A stretch of DNA of 64,000 bases from Fistulifera solaris (lineage: Eukaryota), in NCBI GenBank assembly GCA_030295235.1, contig AP026124.1, positions 2,232,001 through 2,296,000 on the forward strand. The letters are read 5' to 3'. Below are positions 12,041-23,418 of the stretch, piece by piece; the first letter of the stretch is position 1, and each line of letters starts with the position of its first letter. The translations under genes and the position numbers were made by a program. Under the pieces are notes generated by a model, which saw only the letters and a list, made by a program, of their open reading frames with translations, made no database searches and was not told the DNA's origin.

Positions 12041-13082
12041 ATGGCGTCTCTGGAAGAATGCATACAACAGAACTCTCCGTTCTTTTGGCTCGACGGCGGA
12101 ACGGGGGAAGAATTGTTTCGACGGAATGTCCCCGATGATCGCAAATTGTGGAGTGCGACGGCCGTCGTGCATGCAGAGTATCACGAGACACTCTGTGCAG
12201 TCCATCGGTCCTTTCTGGAGGCGGGAGCCGATGCGATTACCACCAACACGTACGGGATTGTGCCTTCTGTCGGATTATCGGAACAACAAATCTCTGAGTA
12301 TTGTGAATTGGCGGCCCGTTTGGCTCGACAAGTCGTACACGAAGCCGATAGACCGCACAAAGTTTGGGTCTTTGGGTCTTTGGGACCTTTGGTCGAATCG
12401 TATCGTCCCGATTTGATTCGAACCCACGATGAGGGAGTCTCTCTTTATCGGCGCATGATCACGGCCATGGCGTCTTATATTGATGCCGTCGTAGCCGAAA
12501 CCATGTCGTCAGTCGAAGAAGCTATGCAAGCTGTGAATGCTTTAGCGGTTTACAACTCGGACCAGAAGAAGGAATTACCGGTGCTCATTTCCTTCACCTT
12601 ACAGGCCAACGGCAATGTGCGGAGTCACGAACCGGCCGAATGCGCGGTCGAACGCATTTTAGAGTACGCCCAGCAAAAGCACGTTCGTGGTACGTACCTC
12701 TTGTCATGATCGTTTGTAAAAAAAAATTCTTTATCACCTGACTCATGGTGATTAACCAACAATCACGGCAGTACTCGCTGTACTATTCAATTGTTGTGCG
12801 CCCGAAGCCATCTCGATCGCGTTGCAGCGTATTCATAATTGTTCGTCGGTACGATCCTGTGTTTTGGGTGCTTATCCCAATCGCTTGACGGAAGTTTCAC
12901 CGGATTGGACGATGGCCGAATCGAGCGGTCCACAACCTTTTCGTGCAGATATGGATGCGCACTATTACGCGCAACTCGTGCAGAGTTGGCGTGATAAATA
13001 CCCCATGTTGCGCATCGTCGGAGGTTGTTGTGGTATTACTCCTGAGCACATTGCCTACTTGAAACTGGTCATCGTGGAGTGA
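12041..13082 (+). CDS. Homocysteine S-methyltransferase family protein; intron 12690-12771
   Basis: LDGGTGEEL, HRSFLEAGADAITTNTY, GSLGP and AETMSS, with Zn-ligand motifs FNCCAPE and IVGGCCG. Confidence 0.92.
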
Positions 13083-13273
13083 TTCGTACTGCTCTATAGA
13101 GAATCAGGACGCTGGATGAGAGACGAGGCTACTATCATTGTTTGAATTGGGTGATTTTCATTAAGCAATTATGGAATACGACAATTCACTTGGAACTACG
13201 ACTAGAGACCGAACAAAACTACTTTGAGTTTCGACAATATATCCTCAGCTATCTTAAGTATCGCTTCATTGTC

Positions 13274-14248
13274 CTAAAGGGCACAGCGAGCCTTGGTAAC
13301 GGCGTTTTTGACCGAGCACATGGTGCGCGAGAACCAGCTTCCCGTCTTGGGACAATCCTTCATTTTCAAGCAGTTGGGAGCCTGTGCACCGATCTCCTCT
13401 TTACCGATGCAAACCTGCGTTCCTTGAGCGTTGTAAAAGATGGCGTTGCATCCACCGCAATAGTCATCAACGCAGGAAACATACTCCTCATCGCACGAAG
13501 TTGCTTCGCACGGTGCTTCGAAGCAGTGGACGAGAGGAGCATCTTCGGGACAATTTTCACCGCAATTTCTCTGACAAACCTTTTCTGCGTTGCATGTGAT
13601 ACGCCCAGTGCATTCAATAACGGGGTAGATGTTGGATGGGTTGAAGCAATCAACGTCTTCGCTGCAGGAACCAAATTCAAGGCAAGTTCCATCCGCACAG
13701 TACTCCCCATCTTTGCACTCGTCATCCAACTTGCAAACTTCGTCTTGCACAGGAGTGTCCAAGCCTTCCTCAAGAAGCGAAGGGACGGGCGTACTGTCAT
13801 CTCCTGCCCAGCCGCCGGGAAGGTCGCCCTTTGAATCGAAGCAAAGAGCATTGCATCCACCACAATAATAATCAACACAAGTAGTGGAAGCAGGGCACAG
13901 GGTGACGGAGCACGGGGAAGCCATGCATTCAGCGACTGGCTGGTCCTTAGGGCAGAAGTCCGAACTGCATTGAACGCCGCACTGATTGTCCACACAGTCG
14001 ACATATCCCACACAAAGGATCGAGTTGTACACGTTGGAAGGGTTCAAGCAATCAGAGAGGTCACGGCAAAAGCCGAACTCTTGGCACAATCCGCCGGAAC
14101 AGTACTGCGAATCGGCACGGCAGTCGTCATCTGAAGTGCACTCAGCAGCAAGAGAGGAACGGAGGAATCTCGTTGCTGACGATGACTCGGCGCGGGAGGT
14201 CGCCATCAACATGAAGGAACTAGTGAGAACTTTAAGAAGGAGCTTCAT
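13274..14248 (-). CDS. Secreted Cys-rich modular protein A (2 modules plus basic C-terminal Cys domain)
   Basis: Signal peptide MKLLLKVLTSSFMLMATSRA. Two ~105-aa modules C-x-S-D-x-D-C...CLNPSN...CVDxYCGGCNA. Confidence 0.85.
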   Translation of the reverse strand: MKLLLKVLTSSFMLMATSRAESSSATRFLRSSLAAECTSDDDCRADSQYCSGGLCQEFGFCRDLSDCLNPSNVYNSILCVGYVDCVDNQCGVQCSSDFCPKDQPVAECMASPCSVTLCPASTTCVDYYCGGCNALCFDSKGDLPGGWAGDDSTPVPSLLEEGLDTPVQDEVCKLDDECKDGEYCADGTCLEFGSCSEDVDCFNPSNIYPVIECTGRITCNAEKVCQRNCGENCPEDAPLVHCFEAPCEATSCDEEYVSCVDDYCGGCNAIFYNAQGTQVCIGKEEIGAQAPNCLKMKDCPKTGSWFSRTMCSVKNAVTKARCAL

Positions 14249-14347
14249 TATTGTTTCTCTTGTTTGTTTGAATAGAAAATGATTTTGTGAGCAGATCAAA
14301 TCAAAGCTTCGTTGGGTACCTGGTAGATGCAATCTTGTCAATTTTGG

Positions 14348-14357
14348 TCAAACGTGC
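14348..14357 (-). promoter_or_regulatory. GCACGTTTGA motif upstream of Cys-rich gene A
   Basis: Identical 10-mer, same orientation, upstream of all three paralogs (also 15972-15981 and 21743-21752). Confidence 0.5.
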
Positions 14358-15012
14358 TCCTCTACTCGGAAGAGAAGCATTTTTGCTGTACTTCATAGCT
14401 CACTGTAATTTCGTCACACAACTCATGACTAAAAATATGTAACCGTAGACCGTACTGGTAGCAAGCTATGTTGTTTCCTTTTGAGCTAGCAAGACCGAAG
14501 TTCACGTTTGCCGCTTCAGCTTCACATTTCGGTCGTGCAACGTCTATGGTTCGCTTTGTAGTCATGTCGTTATTCACTACGTTTTCTGGCATATGACCAA
14601 CGTAACGTATGTCGGAGACACTATTTGGGATTTGGGTGCCAAATGACCATATCTGGTTGACGAACGACGGCCATCTAAAAATGATTGCAGAATATTTGTC
14701 TCCTTAGAGCAGTACCTGTCCATGCTTGAGTAGCAACGCTATGCGGAAAAGTATGCACGTCTAACAAACAACTTTAAACCAGTCATGTTAAATACTTCTT
14801 GATCCTCATCTCTGTTCGACGGCAACAGATAGGAACAACAAGGATTCGTTCCAATAAGGAAGCGCTGGATTTCGAGCACATTATACTAGTTGAAAGTGAT
14901 ACGAAATCGGTGTGGTCTTTTCGCAAAAGCTGTAACGAACAAACGGCAGGTTTCCTTTTACTTTCTATAGTAATTATCATATCTAGATTCATGGCCTCCC
15001 AAACATATTTTA

Positions 15013-15883
15013 TTATGGAGACCCAGTCGCGATCTTCCTTCGTGGAACAAACTTGGCTTCCTTGAGCATCGAAGAAGATGGCCTTGCATTCGCCGCAATA
15101 ATCGTAGGTGCAAGAAACGTAATTCTCATCGCACGACGTTGCTTCACAAATCGAAGGGCCACAGGCGACGTTGAACAAGTTATCGGGACAAAACGGGCCG
15201 CATATTGTTTTACAAATCTTTTCTTCCGTGCACATGACGTGGCCAGAGCATTCGACTTTGAAAAAGATGTTGGATGGATTGAAACAATCGACCTGATTCT
15301 CACAATATCCCATTTTGAGACATTCTCTATCCGCACAGTACTCATTCTCGCCGCAATCATCATCGGAGCTACAGCTAGTTTTATAATTGCTTGGAGGATC
15401 CACATCATTCTCCTGAGGTGCGGGTTCAACCACACCGTCACCTTCCACCGAGCCACAGGCCAGATCCCCCTTGGGGTCGAAAAAAGAGAGCTTTACAGCA
15501 CCACAGTAGAAGTCGACACATGTACTAGGAGAATCGCACGTCGAGACAGAGCACGGAGACGCGAAGCAATCGGCGACGGGCTGACCGTCCGGACACTCGT
15601 CCGAGCTGCACCGCATATCACACTGATTGTCCACACAATCGATGTATCCACCACAGCGGGCAGTGCTGTATTCGTTCGAAGGATTCAAGCAGTCGGCGAG
15701 ATCACGGCAAAATCCAAAATTCTGACATATTCCTTTGGAACAATAATGTTTGCCTGCGCGGCAGTCATCATCTGAGGTGCATTCAAAGTCGTTCGAGATG
15801 GGCTTTGACTTTTTGCCTTTCCACTTGGCATCGCACGACGCAATCAAAAGGTAGGCAACAGGGACGCGAAGAAGCATAAGCAT
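15013..15883 (-). CDS. Secreted Cys-rich modular protein B (2 modules; 3' end uncertain, ORF continues to 14783)
   Basis: Signal peptide MLMLLRVPVAYLLIASCDA followed by Lys-rich KWKGKKSK. Same module as A. Compensating indels at ~15480-15500. Confidence 0.8.
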
Positions 15884-15971
15884 GGTGATGTTGTTGTTTG
15901 CTTTTGGGAGGTATCGCAGACTGTGAGCGTGAAGATCAAAAAAACTTTGGTGATGCATCTTCGAAACATTT

Positions 15972-15981
15972 TCAAACGTGC
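15972..15981 (-). promoter_or_regulatory. GCACGTTTGA motif upstream of Cys-rich gene B
   Basis: About 90 bp upstream of the ATG at 15883. Confidence 0.5.
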
Positions 15982-16238
15982 TCATTTTTCGGAACAAAGT
16001 TTTTTTGTCGTATCCGTTGCTCATCGGAATCCTGACGACGGACAGATAACGCGGAACTCATCGTTGCAAAGCATCACAGTTTATTTCCGGCAAGACTGAA
16101 AATGGAACTTCAACACACTTGTCAAGCAATTATTGAGTCGTTGAAGTCGTAAATTATAGCTCCGGGCAATAAGTATTTGTTTCCTGTTTATATTCGTGTT
16201 TCCTTGTGATTCAGCAGTGGCATCCAATGCTCTTCCTT

Positions 16239-17174
16239 TCAATCTTGAAGTAATTGTACGATGTGTTCCATGAACTTTGTTCGTTCTGGTTCGTGATTCG
16301 ACAAATTGTGATTGGAATGGGGCAAATACAGAGGATGCGCTACAGGGGATGAAGTTCCGTGGTTCATGGCATCCACCAAGCGTTCCGTCAAGCCGGCCTT
16401 GTCGACATGATCAGGGACGTATTCATCGGAACCAGAATAAGCCACACAGCACCGAAAGCGTCGTGACGATAAGTCGCTTGTTTCGTCTTCTCTTTGTCTC
16501 TCACCAAAAAGACCGACATGTTGTAATCGCTCCATGAGTTCCTCTGGAGAGTAATCCGACGAAAAGTAATCATCTTTCCCGCCGCGTTCTTGCAAATCCA
16601 AATAACGTTCGGCGGTAATTGGAGCCCAAAAAGCGTCTCGCGGCATCATTTCTTGCAGTTTGCCTTGTTGTCGCATGTCTTGGGCTATACTCAGAAAGTA
16701 GGCGTATTGCGAACTCGCAGCTGCATGTTCTCGATCCGAAACGGGGGCTTGCAATACCGCCAACCGGAGCGGTAACGACTGTGGTGGCTGTTTCGTCTTT
16801 AGATAATGGACGATGCATTGACAACCGGTTGAGTGTCCCACAAGCGCAAAGGATTCGGCGTGACGGTGCGTTTGTAAATACACTAACAGTGCCTCTAAAT
16901 CTTGCACGTCCCGATCAAGGGTACCGTGACCAAACCCCGTGTAACTGCTTTGGAGCAGCGGCTGGACCAAGGACCAATGTTTGGGTAACTGTTCCGACAA
17001 TCCTTGCGTATAAGGGGTTGGCAACAATCCGTCCGACAAGCCACCTAAAAGAATGCATTTCGAAGGCCGGGACGGAGATGTCTCGAAGGCCACCAAATTA
17101 GTGGGTGTCATCGTGTACGAGAACAAATCTCCTGTGAGTGTGCCGTACGGCGACACAGGAACAGGTATGCGCAT
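16239..17174 (-). CDS. DUF1749/UPF0613 alpha/beta-hydrolase
   Basis: ILLGGLSDGLL, nucleophile motif VGHSTGCQ, LQAPVSDRE, DDYFSSD and SGSDEYVP. Confidence 0.88.
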   Translation of the reverse strand: MRIPVPVSPYGTLTGDLFSYTMTPTNLVAFETSPSRPSKCILLGGLSDGLLPTPYTQGLSEQLPKHWSLVQPLLQSSYTGFGHGTLDRDVQDLEALLVYLQTHRHAESFALVGHSTGCQCIVHYLKTKQPPQSLPLRLAVLQAPVSDREHAAASSQYAYFLSIAQDMRQQGKLQEMMPRDAFWAPITAERYLDLQERGGKDDYFSSDYSPEELMERLQHVGLFGERQREDETSDLSSRRFRCCVAYSGSDEYVPDHVDKAGLTERLVDAMNHGTSSPVAHPLYLPHSNHNLSNHEPERTKFMEHIVQLLQD

Positions 17175-18012
17175 GATTGATCAAGTAAACAAAAATGATA
17201 AAATGAAGACAAGGAAGAACGGAGTATTTTAGGAAGTGAATGAAAGATCCGAAGGAATGGTGCAAGAAGCGCAGTGTAAAAATTTTGCGTTTGCGTTGAC
17301 AAGCGCACCAATCGTGACTGAAACATGATATCGAGTCATGGTCGCTTACACTGTGGGTCTATACGTAGTTTAAAGACGCAAACAACAACCCGAAAGCTTT
17401 TCAGCGCAGTTATTCGACATGGTGCGTAAGAAACGTAACATTGCTAGAATCAAATTCGAAACATCAACCTTTTTGATGTTCGTTACTCTCATGCGTGGGC
17501 CTTGTTTGTTCTTGTGACAGTCGCTTTGAGTTACTTTCTCGTGACTCAAATCCAGTCGTGGTGAAATGTCGTCTACATCTTGGGTCTACTGTCTATAGTG
17601 AATACCCAATTTATAGTTTCCCAAGAGCCTTTCGATGGAATGATAATTCGACATACATAGTGCATGGGGAAGTAGTTACTGAGCTTGTTCATTGACTTTC
17701 TTCCTCTCATAGGTCGCCTTGCCAGGTATTGCTTTCCGGATCTTTTTCTCGCGACGGCAATCCAGCTGTGGCAAGGATCCGCCTACATTTGAGGCTATAG
17801 TAAATCTCAATTGGGTCACGCCAAACAAGCATCGCGCATCGCGGCGCTATGCTTTTCATTCATTTTCGTTGATCACTGCGGCTCTTTTCGGTGTTGCATT
17901 GATATCAAAAATTTTCAAATGCAGTGCCCCTCTCTCTCTCATTCTTCTCGATCGTCACTCCTGTCATTATTTTCTTTCTAGTCTTTGACTTTGTTCGGAA
18001 TTCCAAAGCTTT

Positions 18013-19112
18013 ATGTTACTGAAAAGAACCTCAACTTCGTTCCTCTTTCTTTGCTGCGTCGTCTCTTGCGTTCAATCTTCTTTAACATCATCTTCTTTTT
18101 CGGCTTTTGTCCCAATGGCGCTCCGTAAAACGAGGGTCGGTAAATCTTCGTCTATTGTCCTTCCGCGAGGAGGGCAACAGCAGTTGCGGCACAAGGCAAC
18201 AACCTTTCATGGTGGCATCTTTTGGACAACGCAAGGCATTTTGTTGGGCGCCAATTTCCTTGGTTATCTTATTTCGTAAGTTTCTTTGAGTGATTTTATG
18301 TTTGATGTGCATGTGTCGCTACACTAGATGTCTCAAAGTGTGTCCGATTGATCTTTGTTGTTTGGTTGACAGTTGTGTATCCTCGTATCACTATCACGTG
18401 GACATGCTGGGTACGGGTGCATTTGCGGCGGTCGCGGCGTTCACCTTCCGTCGTTCCCCCCGCGAGCAGTCTTGCCGTCATGCTTTGGAGTGTCAAATTG
18501 GCCAGCTTTTTGTTGTTTCGCGTCGTGCATCACGGTGGACGCGATAGTCGCTTGAACGACACTTTGGCGGATCCTCTATCGGCGAGTGGATTTTGGATCA
18601 TTTCGTGGCTTTGGGGTGTTTTGGTATCTCTACCGCATTGTTTGGGGGCAGCGACGGTGACGATGACGGCGACGAGATCCAAGTCGTTGCAAGACGCAGG
18701 TCTCGTGCTATTTGCGGTAGGTTGGATGATGGAAACAGTAGCCGATTATCAAAAGTGGATGTTCAAGCAACAATACGCTTCGGCTATCAGTACGCCCTAT
18801 TGCAATGTCGGATTATGGTCATGGTCGCAACATCCCAATTGGTGCGGAAATCTCTTGCTTTGGTTCGGGATATGGATGATGAATGCCCCGGCGCTGATTT
18901 CGCCGCGAGCAAAGCACATTGTTCCACGATACGGAAGTTTACTACTCTCGTGTCTCGGACCACTGTTTTTGTTTGCGCTCTTTCATGGTCAAGCGACCGG
19001 ATGGATCTTGCCGTCGGCATTGGAAGCGACGAAACAAAAGTACGGATACGGTACGGATCTGGAATATACGAAATATGTCGATCGGACGCCTCTTTTGTTT
19101 CCTTTGATCTGA
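18013..19112 (+). CDS. DUF1295 (steroid 5-alpha-reductase-like) membrane protein; intron 18276-18372
   Basis: WSVKLASFLLFRV..GRDSRL, ETVADYQKW, GLWSWSQHPNWCGNLLLW and YTKYVDRTPLLFP. Frameshift at the C-run near 18455. Confidence 0.85.
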
Positions 19113-19465
19113 AATTTGTCAGAGGCGAATGCATTTCAAGATAACAATGGTACTGTAGAGAATCGTTTGTCTGGTCTTCGTCGTGCCATTCATGTTGATT
19201 GTGATACTGGTATGCAGCCTCATTTTCTTCACCGTTGTATTTGAGTCATGAGTGAACTCGGATCGCCTGTTAAATCTAGAAGACGTCCGCCCTCCAATCG
19301 TACCCCTAAGAATAGCCAGGAACAAAAAGCAAACAAGATTGCAGCTACAAGTTCTGGTGGAATTGAGATTTGTTTAATTACTGTTCATGCATGTTCATCT
19401 ATTATGTAAACTGATTCAATCCACTGTCACTGAACGATTCTGGACCTTTCTGTTGGAATCGATAT

Positions 19466-21584
19466 CTAAACGGCACAACGCGCCTTCTTGAAAGCCTTCT
19501 TAACAGCACAGGTTGAGCGCGAGAACCAGCTACCGTCTGTCGGGCATGCCATCTTTTTGGAGCAATCAGAGCCAGTATCCTCAGGCACATCTGTGCTGGC
19601 GCAAACTTCCTTTCCTGCGGCATTGAAAAGATGGAATTGCACGCGCCGCAATAATTGTCGACGCAAGAAACGTAGTCTTCCTCGCACGGATTGGCTTCGC
19701 AAGGAGCTTCGAAGCAGCGGACAAGTGGAGCATTGTTCGGACAACTACTGCCGCAAATGGTTCTGCAGGTGCCTTTTCGGCTGCATTTCACATAGCCGAT
19801 ACAGTCGAGCATTGGAAACATGTTGGATGGATTGAAGCAGTCGACATCCTCGCTACACAAGCCGAATTCAAGACATGTTCCAGCTGCGCAGTATTCGCCA
19901 TCGCTACAATCCGCATCGGAGTCACAAGTGCCATCGCTAACTGGAGTGTCCGGGTCTTCAACTGGAAGAGTAGGAAAGCCAGGTGCGTTTCCCGCAGGAT
20001 CGATGCAGATCGCATTGCATCCACCACAATAGTAGTCGACACAAACAGAAGGAGCCAGACATGTCGTGGCAATGCAGGGTGGGAACTCGCATTCGGTAAA
20101 AGGCTCGCCCTTAGGACAGTCGCTATTGCTGCATTCTCGGATGCACTGATTGTCCACACAATCAATGTATCCGACGCACCGGACCGTACTGTATTCGTTG
20201 GAGGGGTTCAGGCAGTCGGTGAGGTCGCGGCACGTTCCATGGTCTCGACAGACTCCACCGGCACAGAATTGATCAACGCAATCGTCATCGCTCGAGCAAG
20301 TTTGTTCAGGAGAAACTCCCGTGCTGTCGTCCGGACCGCACACCTGACGCCCCGCCGGATCGAAATAAAGGGGAGAGCATTCATCACAGTCATTCAATAC
20401 ACATCGCGCTTCGTCGCCACATTCTTTCGGATCACATGAGGCTTCACCGCATGGGACTGGATCGCCACCATTCTCAGGGCACTCACCGCCACAGACGCGG
20501 CCGCAGGATCCTTCTTGGCAAAGGACAGGGCCTGTGCAGAAGACGGTACTGTACATATTGGACGGGTTATAGCAATCAAAGTCAGACGAACAAGAACCGA
20601 AGTTGCGGCATTCACCCTGGGAGCAGTATTGGTCAGTGGGGTTACAATCCGAATCAAATTCACACAATGCAGTCTCTGATTCAGGCAGTTCCAAAAGCGA
20701 GGGCTCGGGCGTACTGCCATCAATCATAAAGCCGGGTACGTCTCCAGCAGGATCGAAGCACAGGGCATGACATCCACCACAAACGTAGTCGACACACATA
20801 GCGGGAGCCATGCAAGTGGTGGCTATGCAGGGTGGGAACTCGCATTCCGCAAGTGGCTGATCTTCAGGGCATTCACTGTCACTACATTGTCGAGTGCATT
20901 GGTTGTCTACACAGTCAATGTAACCAACGCAAAGAATTGTGTTGTACTCGTTCGAAGGATTCAAGCAATCAACCAAGTCGCGGCACGTTCCATGGTCTTG
21001 ACAGATCCCACCAGCGCAGAACTGATCGGTGCAATCATCATCACTTGAGCATGTCCCCAGAGGCTGAGGGACATCTTCCGTCCTTTCGTCCTCCGGGGGA
21101 GTGGGTTCAACCGAACCGTCCACCGAGCCGCAAGCAAGGTCTCCTTTGGGATCGAAAAGAGAGCATTGCATCCTCCACAGTAGTAGTCGACGCAAGTAGT
21201 AGGAGAAATGCAGGTCGAGACGGAGCACGGTGATGCCGCACAGCGGACGGAAGGCTCGCCCCCAGGGCAAATGTCGGGGCCGCAAATGGTAGTACACTGG
21301 TTATCCACACAGTCCGTGTAACCAAGGCAGAGAATGGAGTTGTACTCGTTCGAAGGATTCAAACAGTCAGAAAGAGAGCGGCAAAAACCAAACTCCTGAC
21401 AAAGTCCACCGGAGCAATACTGCGAATCAGCCTGACAGTCATCGTCCGAGGCACATTCCAAGGCCAAGGAAATATCCTGTGGTTTTTTCTTGTCCTTGTT
21501 CTTCTTCTTCTTGTCGTTCGACTTGGCATCGCACGACGCCGAGAGCAAGAGAGAGGCGACAAAGAAACGAAGAAGAATGTTCAT
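19466..21584 (-). CDS. Secreted Cys-rich modular protein C (5 modules plus basic C-terminal Cys domain); frameshifted
   Basis: Signal peptide, then KSNDKKKKNKDKKKP and five modules. C-terminus CSKKMACPTDGSWFSRSTCAVKKAFKKARCAV matches that of paralog A. Frameshifts at ~21160 and ~19630. Confidence 0.85.
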
Positions 21585-21742
21585 GGTAGATCTTTATTTT
21601 AGTGCTTTGCTTTCGTGTTTTGTAAAGTAAAGGTATTCGTAAATGTTGTGAGAACTACAAAGCAGCGACACCTTCGCTTTCACTTCGAGCTTATTGGCAA
21701 TTGGCAGTCGATCGTGTGAATCTCGATAACTTGTACTAAGAT

Positions 21743-21752
21743 TCAAACGTGC
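21743..21752 (-). promoter_or_regulatory. GCACGTTTGA motif upstream of Cys-rich gene C
   Basis: About 160 bp upstream of the ATG at 21584. Confidence 0.5.
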
Positions 21753-22092
21753 ACCATGATTCGGAAGTAGAACATTACCGAAAAAGGACGAATTCTGTCT
21801 TTACTTGTCCACCAACAGTAAGCTAGAGTACAATGACTGACCTGATTTCTGGAGGAGTGAGGATTGATCCACACTTAAGATGGGACGTTTGCCATCCACT
21901 AAACAAAAAACACAAGACATCTAAAGTAGATTCGGATTCAAGATTCAATGACTTCCGGTTTCCGGCACCTCATTATATCTTAAGCTAGAGGGAAACCTCT
22001 CTAACTCTACCCTCTATAGGGTATTAACTCTCTGGAGAAAAACGACCTGGTCTTTTAAAATTGCCAAGTCGTTGAACGCCAGCAAAGCAGGT

Positions 22093-23212
22093 GTGCACGT
22101 TTCGTCGCCACATTCGCCCTACGCACTACCACGCTACGTAGAATGTTTTCATGTTCCGTGTGATGTGTCTGTGTCGCGTACCGTTCCTTCATTGCAGTTT
22201 GCGTTTTATTATCATTCCGCAGTGACGGTTACTTACTTGAGAGTTGGTGATTCGATATCCGATGTTGCCTTAACCTCGTACGCGGAGTGTACGAGAAATA
22301 GACGTGCACGTTTCGGCATCACGTTTGTGTTTTGTACTTCTCTCCGCTTAATTTGTATTTTGAGTGTCTCTCGTTCAATCGTTTCTTTGTTTCACCGCCT
22401 AACTGAATAACTTAATTTTGTAAATCGATTCACGTCCCCGTTGATTGTCTTCTCCCCCCTAACCCATACTTGATCGATCGTGGTCTCTGGAGCTCGCAGG
22501 GGCGTGCACGTTTCGTCGCCACACTCACACTTAGCTTGCTTGTTGATTGCTGTCATACTTGGGTCATTGTTTGTTCGATTCGTGTCTTTGATCCTTGATC
22601 GTGCAACGACGCCGCACAAATAATAGCCTGTCAAGTGTCGAGCCAGCGCGCGTTTCAAACACTTCTCGATCATTTGCGTGTGGATTGCTGGTCGTGCCGT
22701 TCTCCGTTTTACTCGTTCCTTACCTTCTCCGATTGCTGATCAAACAGATACAACTGCCCATCTTGCAAGACATCTTCTTTAAAGTATTTCGCTGTGCACG
22801 TTTGGTCATCACACAGCCGAGATGCGTGGTTCTTCCTTCCACGAAATGACACATGTTCCTGCATCCGGTCACGCTCTTAATCATTCTTGTTAAGCTCGAT
22901 TGCGTTTCGCTTTTATTGCATATACATATGCGGATCAATCATTCTTTGAATGCAACAACCACCAAACACCTTCGGTTTGAATTGGTGGCGGCCATCGTCG
23001 ATTTGCGCTGGATTTCGCGGTTCGATCCATCGACAATCGGACGTCGGACAAACTGTTACTCTACAAAGTATAGAACAAAAAAATCATCAATCATCATCAT
23101 CATTGAAACGTACTACGCAATGTTCGGTATGTACTTTGTAGGTACTACGTAGGACCCTTTGCCCTTTGCCTCGTGTTCTTCACTACACAAAGGTGCACGT
23201 TTCAACGTCCTA
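22093..23212 (+). repeat. Array of spaced direct repeats headed by GTGCACGTTT
   Basis: Copies at 22093, 22304, 22504, 22794 and 23193, plus a degenerate copy at 22646. Copies 1 and 3 share 20 nt (GTGCACGTTTCGTCGCCACA). Spacers show no obvious similarity. Confidence 0.8.
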
Positions 23213-23418
23213 CCGCCCCCAATGTAGACCTCAACCCTATAGGTGAATGGGGGTGAGCCTCAATCTCACGCCGCAGGACAACCTGCAACAATGACGACCA
23301 TGGCGTCGCTCCAAATTAGGCCAAATACATGATACAAACCAATTATTTTGATGCAACCATACTAATTCCGTTTCGTGTCAGCTTTACCACGTAATTCTAC
23401 TTTCAGTACGACTATAAT

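Noticed and set aside
13142..15775. Long + strand ORFs (13142-13834, 15053-15775)
   Set aside because: Antisense shadows of the Cys-rich genes.
22275..22310. Helitron 3' end at the hairpin
   Set aside because: No CTRR terminus at the expected distance and no Rep/helicase remnants.
22093..23212. CRISPR array interpretation of the spaced repeats
   Set aside because: Spacers are 120-380 bp and irregular, repeats are conserved over only 10-20 nt, there are no cas genes, and the context is eukaryotic.
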